From Escherichia coli (lineage in GTDB: Bacteria; Pseudomonadota; Gammaproteobacteria; Enterobacterales; Enterobacteriaceae), in NCBI RefSeq assembly GCF_013122565.1, contig NZ_CP053258.1: a stretch of 64,000 nt of DNA; one strand, written 5' to 3'. The translations under genes and the position numbers were made by a program. The notes beneath the pieces were generated by a model, which saw only the letters and a list, made by a program, of their open reading frames with translations, was not told where the DNA came from and searched no databases. Shown here piece after piece: positions 62,070 through 64,000 of the stretch (positions within the stretch are counted from its first letter, which is position 1; every line of letters begins with the position of its first letter).

Positions 62070-62885
62070 ATGGCGTTCAAATTCAAAACCTTTGCGGCAG
62101 TGGGAGCCCTGATTGGATCACTGGCACTGGTAGGCTGCGGTCAGGATGAAAAAGATCCAAACCACATTAAAGTCGGCGTGATTGTTGGTGCCGAACAGCA
62201 GGTTGCAGAAGTCGCGCAGAAAGTTGCGAAAGACAAATATGGCCTGGACGTTGAACTGGTAACCTTCAACGACTATGTTCTGCCAAACGAAGCATTGAGC
62301 AAAGGCGATATCGACGCCAACGCCTTCCAGCATAAACCGTACCTTGATCAGCAACTGAAAGATCGTGGCTACAAACTGGTCGCAGTAGGCAACACTTTTG
62401 TTTATCCGATTGCTGGTTACTCCAAGAAAATCAAATCACTGGATGAACTGCAGGATGGTTCGCAGGTTGCCGTGCCAAACGACCCAACTAACCTTGGTCG
62501 TTCACTGCTGCTGCTGCAAAAAGTGGGCTTGATCAAACTGAAAGATGGCGTTGGCCTGCTACCAACCGTTCTGGACGTCACCGAGAACCCGAAAAACCTG
62601 AAAATTGTTGAGCTGGAAGCGCCGCAACTGCCGCGTTCTCTGGACGACGCCCAGATTGCTCTGGCAGTTATCAACACCACCTACGCCAGCCAGATTGGCC
62701 TGACTCCGGCGAAAGACGGTATCTTCGTGGAAGATAAAGACTCCCCGTACGTAAACCTGATCGTAACCCGTGAAGATAACAAAGACGCAGAGAACGTGAA
62801 GAAATTCGTCCAGGCTTATCAATCTGACGAAGTCTATGAAGCAGCAAACAAAGTATTTAACGGTGGCGCAGTTAAAGGCTGGTAA
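62070..62885 (+). CDS. metQ: methionine-binding lipoprotein
   Basis: 271 aa; lipobox LALVGCG; NlpA family. Confidence 0.95.
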   Translation: MAFKFKTFAAVGALIGSLALVGCGQDEKDPNHIKVGVIVGAEQQVAEVAQKVAKDKYGLDVELVTFNDYVLPNEALSKGDIDANAFQHKPYLDQQLKDRGYKLVAVGNTFVYPIAGYSKKIKSLDELQDGSQVAVPNDPTNLGRSLLLLQKVGLIKLKDGVGLLPTVLDVTENPKNLKIVELEAPQLPRSLDDAQIALAVINTTYASQIGLTPAKDGIFVEDKDSPYVNLIVTREDNKDAENVKKFVQAYQSDEVYEAANKVFNGGAVKGW

Positions 62886-63002
62886 TTTTTAGGCTGTTTC
62901 CACAATTTGTAATATCATTCAGGACGGGCGCTTGCCCGTCTTGTCATTTTTACAAGCTCCTGATTCAATATTGACGTTTTGATCATACATTGAGGAAATA
63001 CT

Positions 63003-63407
63003 ATGCGTGCTTTACCGATCTGTTTAGTAGCACTCATGCTAAGCGGCTGTTCCATGTTAAGCAGATCCCCTGTCGAACCCGTTCAAAGCACTGCACCCCA
63101 GCCGAAAGCGGAGCCTGCAAAACCGAAAGCGCCGCGCGCCACGCCGGTCCGAATTTATACCAATGCAGAAGAATTAGTCGGCAAACCGTTCCGCGATCTC
63201 GGTGAAGTCAGTGGCGACTCTTGCCAGGCCTCTAATCAGGACTCTCCGCCGAGCATTCCAACCGCACGTAAGCGGATGCAAATCAACGCCTCTAAAATGA
63301 AAGCCAATGCTGTATTACTGCATAGCTGCGAAGTCACCAGCGGTACGCCAGGCTGCTATCGTCAGGCTGTATGTATCGGTTCTGCGCTTAACATTACGGC
63401 GAAATGA
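63003..63407 (+). CDS. rcsF: Rcs phosphorelay outer-membrane lipoprotein sensor RcsF
   Basis: 134 aa; lipobox MLSGCS, Pro-rich linker, conserved Cys residues. Confidence 0.93.
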   Translation: MRALPICLVALMLSGCSMLSRSPVEPVQSTAPQPKAEPAKPKAPRATPVRIYTNAEELVGKPFRDLGEVSGDSCQASNQDSPPSIPTARKRMQINASKMKANAVLLHSCEVTSGTPGCYRQAVCIGSALNITAK

Positions 63408-64000
63408 GCAGTTTCCAGTTCGAGCAAATAGGCGTTATTCGCTCGCCCTATAAAGAAAAGTTCGCCGTTCCGCGCCAGCCAGGTCTGGTAAAAAGCGCCA
63501 ACGGCGAACTGCATCTCATTGCTCCCTACAACCAGGCCGACGCCGTTCGCGGCCTGGAAGCGTTCAGCCATTTATGGATCCTTTTCGTCTTTCATCAAAC
63601 GATGGAAGGCGGCTGGCGTCCGACTGTGCGTCCACCGCGCCTCGGCGGTAACGCCAGAATGGGGGTTTTCGCAACACGCTCTACTTTCCGCCCTAACCCA
63701 ATTGGCATGTCGCTGGTAGAGCTGAAAGAGGTTGTTTGCCATAAAGACAGCGTGATTCTGAAGCTCGGCAGTCTGGATCTGGTCGATGGTACGCCGGTAG
63801 TGGATATCAAACCGTATCTCCCCTTTGCCGAATCGCTTCCCGATGCCAGTGCCAGCTATGCGCAAAGTGCGCCAGCTGCAGAGATGGCGGTGAGTTTTAC
63901 CGCAGAGGTCGAAAAGCAGCTTTTGACGCTGGAGAAGCGTTATCCGCAGTTAACGCTGTTTATCCGCGAAGTACTGGCGCAGGACCCGCGCCCGGCCTAT
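63404..64000 (+). CDS. tsaA: tRNA (adenine37-N6)-methyltransferase TsaA (YaeB), 5' part (continues past window end)
   Basis: ATG overlaps rcsF stop; MSSFQFEQIGVIRSPYKEKFAVPRQPG typical of YaeB. Confidence 0.85.
   Translation, partial: MSSFQFEQIGVIRSPYKEKFAVPRQPGLVKSANGELHLIAPYNQADAVRGLEAFSHLWILFVFHQTMEGGWRPTVRPPRLGGNARMGVFATRSTFRPNPIGMSLVELKEVVCHKDSVILKLGSLDLVDGTPVVDIKPYLPFAESLPDASASYAQSAPAAEMAVSFTAEVEKQLLTLEKRYPQLTLFIREVLAQDPRPAY

Overview
This window is an Escherichia/Shigella-type chromosomal segment, inverted relative to the K-12 map, carrying a ~43 kb type VI secretion (T6SS) island between yafV and tRNA-Asp (aspV). Order: fadE (3' part) - ivy - yafV | T6SS island (~2.4-45.6 kb) | aspV - dnaQ - rnhA - yafS - gloB - mltD - yafE - yafD - yafC - dkgB - aspU - rrnH operon (5S, 23S, alaV, ileV, 16S) - gmhB - metNIQ - rcsF - tsaA (5' part). 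The island has all 13 core T6SS genes in two divergent operons (tssA/G/F/E, tagJ and an FHA gene on +; clpV, tssB/C, hcp, tssJ/K/L/M, tagF and vgrG on -), resembling the aspV-linked Salmonella SPI-6 family. The most interesting part is the cargo: (1) a prePAAR/PAAR Rhs effector with an EagR chaperone whose C-terminal tip has a TadA-like deaminase signature (HAEI...CGFC), plus an immunity gene; (2) four promoterless orphan rhs tip/immunity modules with different predicted toxins (GIY-YIG-like, ADP-ribosyltransferase-like, HNH-like, one unassigned); (3) a tandem effector-immunity-vgrG unit with two paralogous HExxH proteins and secreted immunity proteins; (4) glucosaminidase-like and Cys/His amidase-like effector pairs. 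No integrase, IS element or CRISPR array was seen. All calls rest on ORF translations, motifs and synteny read by eye; no database search was run.
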